Shown one piece after another: positions 1-8,728 of a stretch of 64,000 bases of DNA. Below the pieces are notes generated by a model. It saw only the letters and a program-made list of their open reading frames with translations, did no database searches and was not told the origin of the DNA. The translations under genes were made by a program, and so were the position numbers. The stretch's first letter is position 1, and every line of letters starts with the position of its first letter. The stretch lies in contig CAYZZU010000006.1 of assembly GCA_964483105.1 (NCBI GenBank), forward strand, positions 16,589 to 80,588, written 5' to 3'. Origin of the DNA: an uncultured Nitrospirota bacterium (GTDB lineage: Bacteria > CG2-30-53-67).

Positions 1-1
1 G

Positions 2-820
2 ATGGATCCGGAAAGAGAGGTTCGGGCCGGTGCGGCGCTCTCGATTCAACCCGGGCACCCTTACACCACGGATACATTGCATGTCGTGTTGGAGAACGGA
101 TCTTTGTCCGGTTGGGAGTTTGAATGGACGCGCAACGGCCGCACCCTTCCGGTCAATGGAAATGAACTGGCCGCCTCCTCCTTTTCCAGGGGGGATACCA
201 TCCGGGTGAAGGCGGTATCTCCCGGGGCGGAACGGGTGCTGGTGTCCGATCCGGTCGTGGTCGTCGATTCTCCGCCCGTGATCCAAGAGGTCGCTGTCCG
301 GATTGAATCCGGTCCGGAAGGATATTTCTTCCGTGCCGGAGTTAGGGCGACGGATGCGGATCAGGACACCCTCGTCAACCATTTTGAATGGTGGGTGAAC
401 GGGAAGAAAATAAAAGGGAGTGATTCCGACCGGTTGCCCATTGGAACTCTGAAACGTGGGGATTGCGTCCAGGTCCGGGTGCTGCCGGACGACGGAACGG
501 TCCGGGGGCTTCAGAAAGATTCTTCCTTCTTCCGGGTTCCGAACACGCCGCCCAGGATTGTTTCCGAGGCCCCGGCCCGGATCGCCTCCAATGGAAATTA
601 TGAATACCAGGTTCAGGCGGTCGACCGGGATCGCGATCCATTGAGGTTCTCCCTGAGGCAGGCGCCCGAGGAGATGAGGATTCAACCCGATACGGGCCGA
701 CTTGTCTGGGAGACGGGGGGAATGGCGTCCGGGCCGCACAAGGTGGTGGTGACCGTTTCGGATGGGGTGGATGAAACCGACCAGGTTTTTACCATTACGT
801 TAAACAGAAAGGCTTCCTGA
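2..820 (+). CDS. C-terminal part (5'-truncated by window edge) of a large cell-surface repeat protein. It has two ~100-aa EWxxNG...RGDxIxV modules followed by a cadherin-like/Ig-like domain (YEYQVQAVDRDRDPLRFSL...VVVTVSDGVDETDQVFTITLN)
   Basis: ORF open to the window start. Internal repeat modules are visible in the translation. The C-terminal segment resembles cadherin-like (dystroglycan-type) domains. It sits directly upstream of the pilin-like genes. Confidence 0.5.
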   Translation: MDPEREVRAGAALSIQPGHPYTTDTLHVVLENGSLSGWEFEWTRNGRTLPVNGNELAASSFSRGDTIRVKAVSPGAERVLVSDPVVVVDSPPVIQEVAVRIESGPEGYFFRAGVRATDADQDTLVNHFEWWVNGKKIKGSDSDRLPIGTLKRGDCVQVRVLPDDGTVRGLQKDSSFFRVPNTPPRIVSEAPARIASNGNYEYQVQAVDRDRDPLRFSLRQAPEEMRIQPDTGRLVWETGGMASGPHKVVVTVSDGVDETDQVFTITLNRKAS

Positions 821-831
821 AGGGTGTTGAG

Positions 832-1410
832 ATGAAAACGTATTGCGTACGCTCAAGAGACGGCGGGTTTTCCCTGATTGAGCTTTTAATTACGATATCC
901 GTCATCATCCTGACCGCGGCCATGGCGGTCCCGAGCATCTCGGACTGGGTTCCCTTCTATTGTCTTACGGGGGATACCCGGGCCATAGCGGGGCTCATGC
1001 AGAAGGCCAGACTCGAGGCGATCAAGATGAACCAGGCTGTCAGCATGCAGTTTGTGAATACCGAACCGGATTCCTGCGTAGTCTATATCGACACGAACAG
1101 TAACGGGACCTACGATGCCGGCACGGATACGCTGATCGAGTCCTACAACCTGAATCAGCGGATTGATTACGGGACCGACGCGACCCAGGATACGAGCGGA
1201 GGAAGCGGCACCCCGCCGGCGATCAGTTTCGCGGGCAATAACGCCGTGTTCAATCCCGACGGAACGGCGACCGCCGGAGACCTTTATCTGCAATTTGACG
1301 GTTCGGTCGTGGATGCGCCCAACAAGAGCCGGGCGGTCAATGTGGACACAGGCGGGAGTGTCCGGGTGATGACCTGGAAAAGCTGTGAAGGCAAGTGGGA
1401 CGACTCCTGA
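832..1410 (+). CDS. Prepilin-type N-terminal cleavage/methylation domain protein (GspH/FimT-like pseudopilin)
   Basis: N-terminus MKTYCVRSRDGGFSLIELLITISVIILTAAMAVPS matches the class III signal peptide/methylation motif (G-F-S/T-L-I-E-L), followed by a hydrophobic helix. Confidence 0.75.
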   Translation: MKTYCVRSRDGGFSLIELLITISVIILTAAMAVPSISDWVPFYCLTGDTRAIAGLMQKARLEAIKMNQAVSMQFVNTEPDSCVVYIDTNSNGTYDAGTDTLIESYNLNQRIDYGTDATQDTSGGSGTPPAISFAGNNAVFNPDGTATAGDLYLQFDGSVVDAPNKSRAVNVDTGGSVRVMTWKSCEGKWDDS

Positions 1411-1444
1411 TGCTTCCTTCGTTACAGAATCGGATCGTTATGTG

Positions 1445-1478
1445 CGGCCGCCGGTTGAAAAACCGGCGGCCGTTTTTT
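1445..1478 (+). terminator. Rho-independent terminator: 12-bp GC-rich stem (CGGCCGCCGGTT/AACCGGCGGCCG), 4-nt loop, then TTTTTT
   Basis: Perfect inverted repeat gcggccgccggttgaaaaaccggcggccg followed by a T6 tract, 35 nt after the stop of the first pseudopilin gene. Confidence 0.65.
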
Positions 1479-1558
1479 GGTGCGCCTGACAGGGCGCGCG
1501 GTGCCGTAACCGGCACCGATCCATCGGAGATTGTGGTGACAGAATGAGTGTGAATAAC

Positions 1559-1587
1559 TTGACCTTTTTCAGTAAGTCTGGTATAGT
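1559..1587 (+). promoter_or_regulatory. Sigma70-like promoter (TTGACC - 17 nt - TATAGT) upstream of the second pseudopilin/pilVWX genes
   Basis: Close match to the -35/-10 consensus with 17-nt spacing, in an AT-rich intergenic region. Confidence 0.5.
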
Positions 1588-1622
1588 CAGGCAAAAATTT
1601 GATAAAATATTACAATAATGTA

Positions 1623-1638
1623 TGTCATTATTATGACA
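1623..1638. promoter_or_regulatory. 16-bp perfect palindrome TGTCATTATTATGACA downstream of the promoter (candidate operator)
   Basis: Inverted repeat TGTCAT-N4-ATGACA located about 35 bp downstream of the putative -10 element. Confidence 0.35.
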
Positions 1639-1726
1639 GATATGAAATTGGCATTTTTTAAAGAAAGCGGCGGAATCGATTTCCGGTCCGGGTGCACTTT
1701 TCATTGTATTGCGGAGAGACAACACG

Positions 1727-2215
1727 ATGATGCGTAAGTTTTCGGGTGAAAAATCCGGATTCACCTATATTGAGCTGATGATTGCCGTGTCCATCATGGC
1801 GCTGACCCTGGCGTTTTCCGGCCCGGCCCTTGAAAGGTATGCCGCCCGGAACAAGACCAAGGCGGCCGCCCGGGAGATCTATACCCTGTTGCAGAAGGCG
1901 AGAATCCTGGCGATCAAGGAAGATGCGACGATTTCAGCTGATTTTACCGAGGCTGGAGCGGGCGGCTGTCCTGCCGGTCAGGTGAAGATCTCCTATCCGG
2001 ACGGGAAGATCGATCTGCTGGACCTGTCAGGCAGAACAGGGTTCAGGGATGTGTATATCAGGCGGAACAAAAGGACCATCGATGTGAAATTTTACGCGAA
2101 TGGAACGGCAACTCCTCAAACGATTGAAGTGCGTCATCAGAAGGACGGGAGTGCGGGATATGATGTTATCGTCAACGGGTCCGGAGGAATCCGGATGGGA
2201 AAGGAAACCTCGTGA
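1727..2215 (+). CDS. Prepilin-type N-terminal cleavage/methylation domain protein (second pseudopilin/minor pilin)
   Basis: MMRKFSGEKSGFTYIELMIAVSIMALTLAF carries a prepilin leader plus methylation motif. Start chosen at the in-frame ATG at 1727 (the ORF track opens at a TTG at 1709). Confidence 0.7.
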   Translation: MMRKFSGEKSGFTYIELMIAVSIMALTLAFSGPALERYAARNKTKAAAREIYTLLQKARILAIKEDATISADFTEAGAGGCPAGQVKISYPDGKIDLLDLSGRTGFRDVYIRRNKRTIDVKFYANGTATPQTIEVRHQKDGSAGYDVIVNGSGGIRMGKETS

Positions 2216-2618
2216 TGAGGCGGGTTTTACGCTGATCGAGCTCCTGATCACTTTGGTGGTCCTTTCCTTCGGACTCCTGGGGTTGGCGGGACTCCAGGTC
2301 CAGGTCGTGAGAGGTAGCGCCTTTAATCAGGATATGACCATTGCGACCTCGATCGGCACGGAGATCCTGGAGTCGAGCAGGGCGCAATTGATGACGGATT
2401 TCACAAGCCTGAAGGGGAAGGATGCGCCGGTCTGCCGAAAGATGGATCTGGATGGAGACGGGAAGCCGGAGGATCCCTACCGGGGACGGTACGGAATCGT
2501 GCGGACGGTGACGACGGTCAACACGACGTTCAAAAAAATTAAGGTCACGGTCTCCTGGAAGGATGTGACCGGGGCGATGCACGCGTTGACCTTCACCGGC
2601 GGCGTTGCGAGGAGGTAA
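2160..2618 (+). CDS. pilV: PilV-like type IV pilus minor pilin (prepilin-type N-terminal domain)
   Basis: ...EAGFTLIELLITLVVLSFGLLGLAGLQVQVV is a typical PilV N-terminus. Only in-frame ATGs are at 2160/2163, giving a 22-aa leader, so the start is uncertain. It overlaps the preceding gene by about 55 nt. Confidence 0.55.
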   Translation: MMLSSTGPEESGWERKPRDEAGFTLIELLITLVVLSFGLLGLAGLQVQVVRGSAFNQDMTIATSIGTEILESSRAQLMTDFTSLKGKDAPVCRKMDLDGDGKPEDPYRGRYGIVRTVTTVNTTFKKIKVTVSWKDVTGAMHALTFTGGVARR

Positions 2619-2627
2619 AGCAGGACG

Positions 2628-3191
2628 ATGAATCGACGGACCACCCGGCCGGACGGAGGATTTACCCTCGTTGAGATCCTCGTGGTTCTGGCGGTCACCG
2701 GGATCGTGACCGCGGGATTGTTCAATTTCATGATCTCGCAGGAGCGGAATTACAGTCTGACGGAAGATCTGCAGGAGCGGAATCAGAACGTCAGGGTGGC
2801 CATGGATTATTTCGTGAGAAGATTGCAGGGAGCGGATCAGGTCCGGATCACCGGTTTGAAAGGCGGGGAATGTAAACCGGAGATACCGATTCTGGTTCTG
2901 GACGGGCAGACGTACTACTTCAAATTCCGGACCGGCGATGCCACCCGTGACCTGGACTCCGAGAGCATCGGAACGGGGACCACGGACGTGGCCTATTTTC
3001 TGCAGGATGTAGACGGAGACAATCAGCCGGACCAGCCGGTTTTTCAATGCGATCCGACGGACAGAAAGATCGTGATCGTCACGATCATAGGCCGGACAAG
3101 GCACCGGGACCCGAGGTATCAGCAAAACGGAGGCTACCATACGATGGTCCTCACCCGGAAGGTCTATTTAAGGAATGCGACATGTTCCTGA
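2628..3191 (+). CDS. pilW: PilW-like type IV pilus minor pilin
   Basis: MNRRTTRPDGGFTLVEILVVLAVTGIVTAGLFNFMISQERNY has the prepilin motif and PilW-like N-terminal architecture. Its position after the pilV-like gene supports the call. Confidence 0.6.
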   Translation: MNRRTTRPDGGFTLVEILVVLAVTGIVTAGLFNFMISQERNYSLTEDLQERNQNVRVAMDYFVRRLQGADQVRITGLKGGECKPEIPILVLDGQTYYFKFRTGDATRDLDSESIGTGTTDVAYFLQDVDGDNQPDQPVFQCDPTDRKIVIVTIIGRTRHRDPRYQQNGGYHTMVLTRKVYLRNATCS

Positions 3192-3244
3192 TGAACGGGG
3201 GTAAAAGAGAACGCGCATGCGTCAGGCTTATCTCCGGAGGAAGA

Positions 3245-4573
3245 ATGGGCCGGGTCGTGAAAGGTGTTGTGCCGGGGGATGAACGGGGGATGGCCCTGGT
3301 AACCGCCCTGCTGATCCTGGCCGCGCTGACACTCCTGGCCGTTACGGCGATCACCAATGGCAGTATTGATACCATGATCGCGGGGAACGACTATCAGGCC
3401 GGTCAGAGATTTTTCGCCGGTGAAGGGGTGGCCGAGGTTGCCTATGCCTCGCTGCCCGGCATGGTGTCCGGCGTCCGTCTGAAGGTGAAGGACGGTGAGG
3501 GGTGCGACAGCTATCGTCGATTCCGCAGAGTGAAGGATCTGCTGCGGTATCAAAGCGGGGATATGACTCCCGTTCTGGATGCCTATCTGTCAGAGAAGGC
3601 AGGCACGAATCTTCATGCGCTTTTCCCATCGGACAGTTATCGGGTCCGTATCCTGGATCCGGATGATTCGGACGGGAAATTCAATCTCCAGGCCGGGGTG
3701 TCGGGGAAAAACGGGGACCAGGAGCTGGTCCGGCTGACGGTCTGCCGGATTGCGGATCTCTTCAAGGGGACGGTGAATCTTCTGAATCCTGACAGAACGG
3801 GAGACACCACGTATTCTTTTGTCAGGATTGTCTTCGGTGACGACAAGGATCGTGGATCCGGCCGTGAAGGGGCCGGCAGAATGAAGATTTCGGGTGAGGA
3901 GAGCAAGGAGGATATCGTGACTACGGATACCATGGAAATCACAGGTCCCAAATCCGATCCCGACCTGTCCACTTTCAATCTTCTCGATTATACGTCGAGG
4001 TCCTCCTGGGAAGATCAAAAAAAACCCGGCATCGTCTACCTTCCCCGTGATTACGCCCCCGGGATGGATGACCTGGCCGGATTTGTTGATCAGCTCAAGG
4101 GAGGGAGAAACCATCCGGATGCCTCGAAGAAGACGATCAGGATTCACGGTGACGACGTGAAGCTTCTGGGAACCCGGGATCATCCCAGGGTGACTTGGCT
4201 GAAGGGGAATGTTGTGATAGACGGTTCTCACGGTTACGGTGTGCTGATCATCGAAGACTACGGAGACAGGGAGGGCTGTCCGGAAAGCGTATCGTGCGGC
4301 CTGACCATGAAGGGGAATGCGAAGTTTAACGGTCTGGTGATTCTCCTGCCGCGGGGGGACCGGTTCAAAAAAAGGTTGAAGATCGCCTTTCAGGATCGCG
4401 CCAGCCTTGAGGGAGCCTTGATCGCCGCGTCCTCCTATCAGGATCAAGGGGATCCGGCGAGAGGCGGAATTCGTTTCTCCATCCGGGATCGCGCGCGATG
4501 TGTCTACAACGAATCGGCTGTCCTGAATGTTTTCTCCAGTCCGTTTTACGTAACGGGGTGGTCCTACCATTAG
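3245..4573 (+). CDS. pilX: PilX N-terminal-domain protein, unusually long (~440 aa) with an uncharacterised C-terminal extension
   Basis: GMALVTALLILAALTLLAVTAITNGSIDTMIAGNDYQAGQRFFAGEGVAEVAY matches the PilX N-terminal domain pattern (hydrophobic helix then ...MAGN). The in-frame ATG at 3245 follows the end of the pilW-like gene. Confidence 0.55.
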   Translation: MGRVVKGVVPGDERGMALVTALLILAALTLLAVTAITNGSIDTMIAGNDYQAGQRFFAGEGVAEVAYASLPGMVSGVRLKVKDGEGCDSYRRFRRVKDLLRYQSGDMTPVLDAYLSEKAGTNLHALFPSDSYRVRILDPDDSDGKFNLQAGVSGKNGDQELVRLTVCRIADLFKGTVNLLNPDRTGDTTYSFVRIVFGDDKDRGSGREGAGRMKISGEESKEDIVTTDTMEITGPKSDPDLSTFNLLDYTSRSSWEDQKKPGIVYLPRDYAPGMDDLAGFVDQLKGGRNHPDASKKTIRIHGDDVKLLGTRDHPRVTWLKGNVVIDGSHGYGVLIIEDYGDREGCPESVSCGLTMKGNAKFNGLVILLPRGDRFKKRLKIAFQDRASLEGALIAASSYQDQGDPARGGIRFSIRDRARCVYNESAVLNVFSSPFYVTGWSYH

Positions 4574-4645
4574 CTTCCCTCCGGTGAGGACATCGGTCTC
4601 CCGTCTTCCCGGTCATTTTCCCCTTGTGACTCTTTTTCTCTGCGG

Positions 4646-4651
4646 GTATAA
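4646..4651 (+). promoter_or_regulatory. TATAAT -10 box (with upstream TTGTGA at 17-nt spacing) ahead of phoH
   Basis: Sequence ccttgtgactctttttctctgcgggtataatacc in the 165-nt gap before phoH. Confidence 0.4.
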
Positions 4652-4737
4652 TACCTTCCAACGCTTGAAAGACGGGTGAGGATGAGGGTTGGACTCATCA
4701 GGCTGCGTCCTGGTTCTGATTCTTTCCGGGAGGTGAG

Positions 4738-5703
4738 GTGACCGAAAAAACCGCTCAGGCCCTGCTCAACGTGGATCCTGCGAATCTGCCCGCCTTGTAC
4801 GGTCGTCAAGATGAAACCCTGGACCTGATCGAGAAGCTTTTCAAAATCAGAGTCACCGCGCGGGGGAAGAGACTGGAGATTTTCGGTGAACCCGAAAGGG
4901 TGGAGCAGGCCCGGCGTGCTGTGGAAGAGGTGAACCGCTCTCTATCCAACGGGACCATTCAGGCCGAAGATCTGGGATTCGCCTTGAGGGCGCTGGCGGA
5001 TCACGGCCGCATCCAGCTTCAGGAACTCTTTACGGAAGGGATCCGTGTCCCTTCCCGTAAGAAGTTAATCGTTCCCAAGACACCGGCGCAGAGAAAATAT
5101 ATCGAAGCGATCCGCTCCTCGGATATTGTTCTGGGGATCGGTCCGGCCGGTACGGGAAAGACCTATCTGGCCATGGCCATGGCAGTCGCCGCCCTGACGA
5201 ACAAGGAAGTGGGGCGGATCATCCTGACACGGCCTGCGGTTGAGGCCGGAGAAAACCTCGGTTTTCTTCCCGGAGATCTTTATCAAAAGATCCATCCCTA
5301 TCTGCGTCCTCTCTATGACGCCTTGTATGATATGATGGATCCCGACCGGGCCAACCGGCTGGTGGAGCGCGGTACCATCGAGATCGCTCCGCTGGCCTAC
5401 ATGCGCGGCCGGACTTTGAACGATTCCTTCATTATTCTGGATGAAGGGCAGAACACGACGGTCGAACAGATGAAAATGTTCCTGACCCGTTTGGGATTCA
5501 ACTCCAGGGCGACCATCACCGGTGATATTACGCAAGTGGATCTTCCGAAGGAAAAGCAATCCGGGTTGATCCAGGCCCAGAAGGTCCTGAAAGAGATCAA
5601 AGGGATTCATATCTCTCTTTTTACGAACCGTGATGTGATCCGACACAAACTGGTTCAGGACATCATCCGTGCCTATGAACGCTATGAGGAGAGATCCCTT
5701 TGA
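4738..5703 (+). CDS. phoH: PhoH family ATPase (phosphate starvation-inducible protein PhoH/YbeZ)
   Basis: Walker A GIGPAGTGKTYLAMAMA and conserved PhoH blocks (ILTRPAVEAGENLGFLPGDL, ILDEGQNTT). GTG start with a GGAGG RBS. Confidence 0.9.
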   Translation: MTEKTAQALLNVDPANLPALYGRQDETLDLIEKLFKIRVTARGKRLEIFGEPERVEQARRAVEEVNRSLSNGTIQAEDLGFALRALADHGRIQLQELFTEGIRVPSRKKLIVPKTPAQRKYIEAIRSSDIVLGIGPAGTGKTYLAMAMAVAALTNKEVGRIILTRPAVEAGENLGFLPGDLYQKIHPYLRPLYDALYDMMDPDRANRLVERGTIEIAPLAYMRGRTLNDSFIILDEGQNTTVEQMKMFLTRLGFNSRATITGDITQVDLPKEKQSGLIQAQKVLKEIKGIHISLFTNRDVIRHKLVQDIIRAYERYEERSL

Positions 5704-5785
5704 TTCTCCAGGATGGATCACGGACTTTTTACGAAGCCATCCATAATGATCAGGCGGTATCGGCACGTTTCCTGACGGCATTGCA

Positions 5786-8311
5786 GTGGGCGCCATGACC
5801 AACGGAAAAGAGAAACGTAACAAGAAGACAGTTCAATCCTGGAGCTTGAAGAGGCTTTTCAAGGAGGTGGGAACGGCCTTTTCAGAAGGGTTGAAACCCG
5901 GCGGACTCCCCTTTTTCAAGAGAGCGGGTTTTCTGAAGGGGGTGCTGGCTGTGGTGGTGGTTCTGGTTCTGAGCCTGTTTGTGCTTCCGGACATTCAGTT
6001 TGTCCCCTCCCGTTACCAGATCGGAGGAATCAGTCCGAAGAATGTCAAGGCTCCGCAGGATTTTGACGTCCCGGATCAGAAGGCGACGGAAGAGAAACGG
6101 CGGCAGGTCATGAAAGGCGTCCTTTCCGTCTATGACTTTGACCTTTCCATTGTGGATACCCTGAAGGAAAATATCCAGGAAGCCTTCCGGGTGATGAATC
6201 GCTATTATGTCGGGAGACGGCTCCGAATCGAAAATGCGGCCCAGCAGAAGGCCCTGAAAAGAAGGCAGTTGAAGAAAAAAACGCCATCCGGTGAGGCGCC
6301 GACGCGGACAAAAACGGAGAAAGAACTTTTTGAAGAGAGCTATCAGGAATTTCAAAAACTCCTGGAGATCAAACTCCCCGGAAAGACCTTAAGGGTCCTC
6401 GAGACGGAACAGTTCTCACCGGAACTGGCCACTGCGATCGGCGCCCTGCTTCAGGATGTCATGAATCGGGGTATCGTCAGTAGTCCGGATCTGCTGCTGA
6501 AGGAGACCGGTAAGGGCATCACGATCAAGGGGGTGGGGGAATCCTTTGAAAGGGAGGTCCGGGATGTCAACGCCTTTCTGGACCTGAAGTCCGCGAGGGA
6601 ACATATCCGGAAAGACGACAACCCGGCCCTGCGGTCTCTCTCACCCGAAGCGGTCCGGGCGGTTCGGGAGATTGCATTCAGCCTGGTGGTCCCGAATCTG
6701 ACCTTCAACAAGAATGAGACCGAGTTTCGCAAGAGTCAGGCGAAAGATGCGGTCAAGACGGTCTTCTACAAGGTTCAGAAAGGGGAGATGATTGTACGGG
6801 AAGGAGAAAAGATATCTCAGGAGGAAATGGCCAAGCTGAAAGCCCTGAATGCCGTTCTGAGAGAAAATAATCCGTTCCGCGTGTTTTTAGGACTGGTTTT
6901 TTTCAATTCCATTCTTCTTGCCGTTTTTCTTCTTTATATTAACCGCTTCAAGAGGTCAGTCGCGGCCGATCTCCAGAAATTGACTCTGCTCGGTCTGATT
7001 ATTATTGGATCCCTGGGATTGATCAAGGCCTTTTACTGGATCGCACGGATCCTGATGACCAATCTCCAGTTTGTGGACCCCGCTTCGGTTTTATTCGGGA
7101 TCCCCTTCGCCGTCTGTGGTATGCTCATCGGTGTTCTGTTCGAGGTGCGTATATTCAACTTTCCGATCCTGATTATCAGCATCCTTTCCGGAATTATGAT
7201 CCATGAAGACCTCTCTTTTACCCTCTATGCGCTCATCGGTAATGTCACAGCGGCCCTGACGGTCCAGAACTGTCGTCGAAGGAGCGCGCTTCTGCGCGGT
7301 GGATTGATGGTGGGGGGAGCCAATGCGCTGACCGCCCTCGCGATCTCCATGGTGCACAATGATCTCTCCCTGGTCGGGGGGGTGGAGGACGTTGTCTTCG
7401 CGTTTTTTGGAGGACTCCTTGTCTCGGTTCTTGTTTCGTGGATGGTCCCCATCCTGGAGAGCCTTTTCAGGATCACGACGGATATCCGCCTGCTTGAATT
7501 GTCGGATACCAATCAGCGGGTACTCAAGGAGCTCCTGGTGAATGCCCCGGGGACGTATCAGCACTCTCTGATGGTTGGCAATCTTTCCGAAGAGGCGGCT
7601 GAGAGCGTGGGGGCCAATTCACTGCTGGCACGGGTGAGCTCCCTGTATCACGATATCGGAAAGATCCAGAAGGCGGAATATTTTGTGGAGAACCAGATCA
7701 ACCTTGAAAACCGTCATGACAAATTGATGCCGAGTATGAGTGTCCTGATCCTGACCTCTCACGTCAAGGATGGTGTGGAACTGGCAAGGGAAAACAAACT
7801 GCCTCCGGCGATTCTCGATATCATCCGGCAACACCACGGGACCAGTCTGATCACCTATTTCTATCAGAAGGCCAAAGAGAAGGAAAATCCTTCTCTCCAT
7901 GCCATCAAGGAAGAAGACTACCGTTACCCCGGGCCGAAACCTCAAACACGGGAAGCCGCCATTGTCATGATTGCGGATGCGATCGAGGCCGCGTCCAGGG
8001 TCCTGACCAACCCCACACCGTCACGCATAGAGGGGATGGTCAACAAACTGATGGAGCGTATCTATATCGACGGGCAACTGGATGAATGTGATCTTACGCT
8101 CAAGGACCTGAGAAAGATCAAGAAAAGTTTGATTCCGATTCTGACCAGTATTTATCATCACAGAATTGACTATCCTTCGGTGAAACTGGCGGAAGGAAAT
8201 GAGGGGACGCGCAGGAATGAACGTATGGCTCAGTCAGGAGGGGACAACGCACAGGATTCCACCGGCATGGGTGAAGTCCGTCTTGAAAAGAGTCTTCGAA
8301 ACCGTACATGA
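5786..8311 (+). CDS. 7TM receptor with intracellular HD/HDIG hydrolase domain (YqfF/PgpH-like membrane phosphohydrolase)
   Basis: Long extracytoplasmic N-region, multiple TM helices, and a C-terminal HDIG motif (SSLYHDIGKIQK...HHGTSLI). Positioned between phoH and ybeY as in Bacillus yqfF. Confidence 0.85.
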   Translation: MGAMTNGKEKRNKKTVQSWSLKRLFKEVGTAFSEGLKPGGLPFFKRAGFLKGVLAVVVVLVLSLFVLPDIQFVPSRYQIGGISPKNVKAPQDFDVPDQKATEEKRRQVMKGVLSVYDFDLSIVDTLKENIQEAFRVMNRYYVGRRLRIENAAQQKALKRRQLKKKTPSGEAPTRTKTEKELFEESYQEFQKLLEIKLPGKTLRVLETEQFSPELATAIGALLQDVMNRGIVSSPDLLLKETGKGITIKGVGESFEREVRDVNAFLDLKSAREHIRKDDNPALRSLSPEAVRAVREIAFSLVVPNLTFNKNETEFRKSQAKDAVKTVFYKVQKGEMIVREGEKISQEEMAKLKALNAVLRENNPFRVFLGLVFFNSILLAVFLLYINRFKRSVAADLQKLTLLGLIIIGSLGLIKAFYWIARILMTNLQFVDPASVLFGIPFAVCGMLIGVLFEVRIFNFPILIISILSGIMIHEDLSFTLYALIGNVTAALTVQNCRRRSALLRGGLMVGGANALTALAISMVHNDLSLVGGVEDVVFAFFGGLLVSVLVSWMVPILESLFRITTDIRLLELSDTNQRVLKELLVNAPGTYQHSLMVGNLSEEAAESVGANSLLARVSSLYHDIGKIQKAEYFVENQINLENRHDKLMPSMSVLILTSHVKDGVELARENKLPPAILDIIRQHHGTSLITYFYQKAKEKENPSLHAIKEEDYRYPGPKPQTREAAIVMIADAIEAASRVLTNPTPSRIEGMVNKLMERIYIDGQLDECDLTLKDLRKIKKSLIPILTSIYHHRIDYPSVKLAEGNEGTRRNERMAQSGGDNAQDSTGMGEVRLEKSLRNRT

Positions 8312-8678
8312 AGACGGGGAAGTCAGCGTATTGCTGGTGGACGACGAGGAAATCCGGAGACTGAATCGGGAGTATCGCGGAATGGACCGCTGCACGGATG
8401 TTCTCTCTTTTGCGCTGAATGAAGGGGAACCACCCGATCCGCATCCCGAGATGTTCGGAGATATTGTGATTTCCGTTGAAACCGCTCTTCGCCAGGCCGA
8501 GGGTTCCGGCCAGTCCCTGGAAAGAGAAATCACCTGGCTCCTGATTCATGGCGCCCTGCATCTTCTCGGTTATGATCATGAACGTTCTGCCGACGAAGCG
8601 CATCAGATGAGGCAGCTTGAGAAACGGATTTTATGCGATTGTTTCAAGCCCGGTTTTCCCGACCGGACCGGAGAATAA
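8216..8678 (+). CDS. ybeY: Endoribonuclease YbeY (rRNA maturation factor)
   Basis: Zinc-binding motif HGALHLLGYDHE and the conserved VLLVDDEEIRRLNREYRG block. ATG at 8216 gives a canonical-length N-terminus but overlaps the upstream gene by about 96 nt. Confidence 0.85.
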
Positions 8679-8728
8679 TCGGCTTGCCTGAAGTATTGAA
8701 CGGTTCAGACACGCTGAAGGATGATATC

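Noticed and set aside
2-820. Calling the upstream repeat protein PilY1
   Set aside because: PilY1 normally follows pilX and has a C-terminal beta-propeller with a calcium-binding loop. This protein precedes the cluster and shows cadherin/Ig-like repeats instead. It is reported only as a possible functional analogue
2172-4570. Long minus-strand ORFs (2172..3140, 322 aa; 3590..4570, 326 aa; 3164..3553) over the pilin-like genes
   Set aside because: Antisense to ORFs with clear prepilin signatures. The translations are Arg/Pro/His-rich with no domain similarity, typical GC-driven spurious frames
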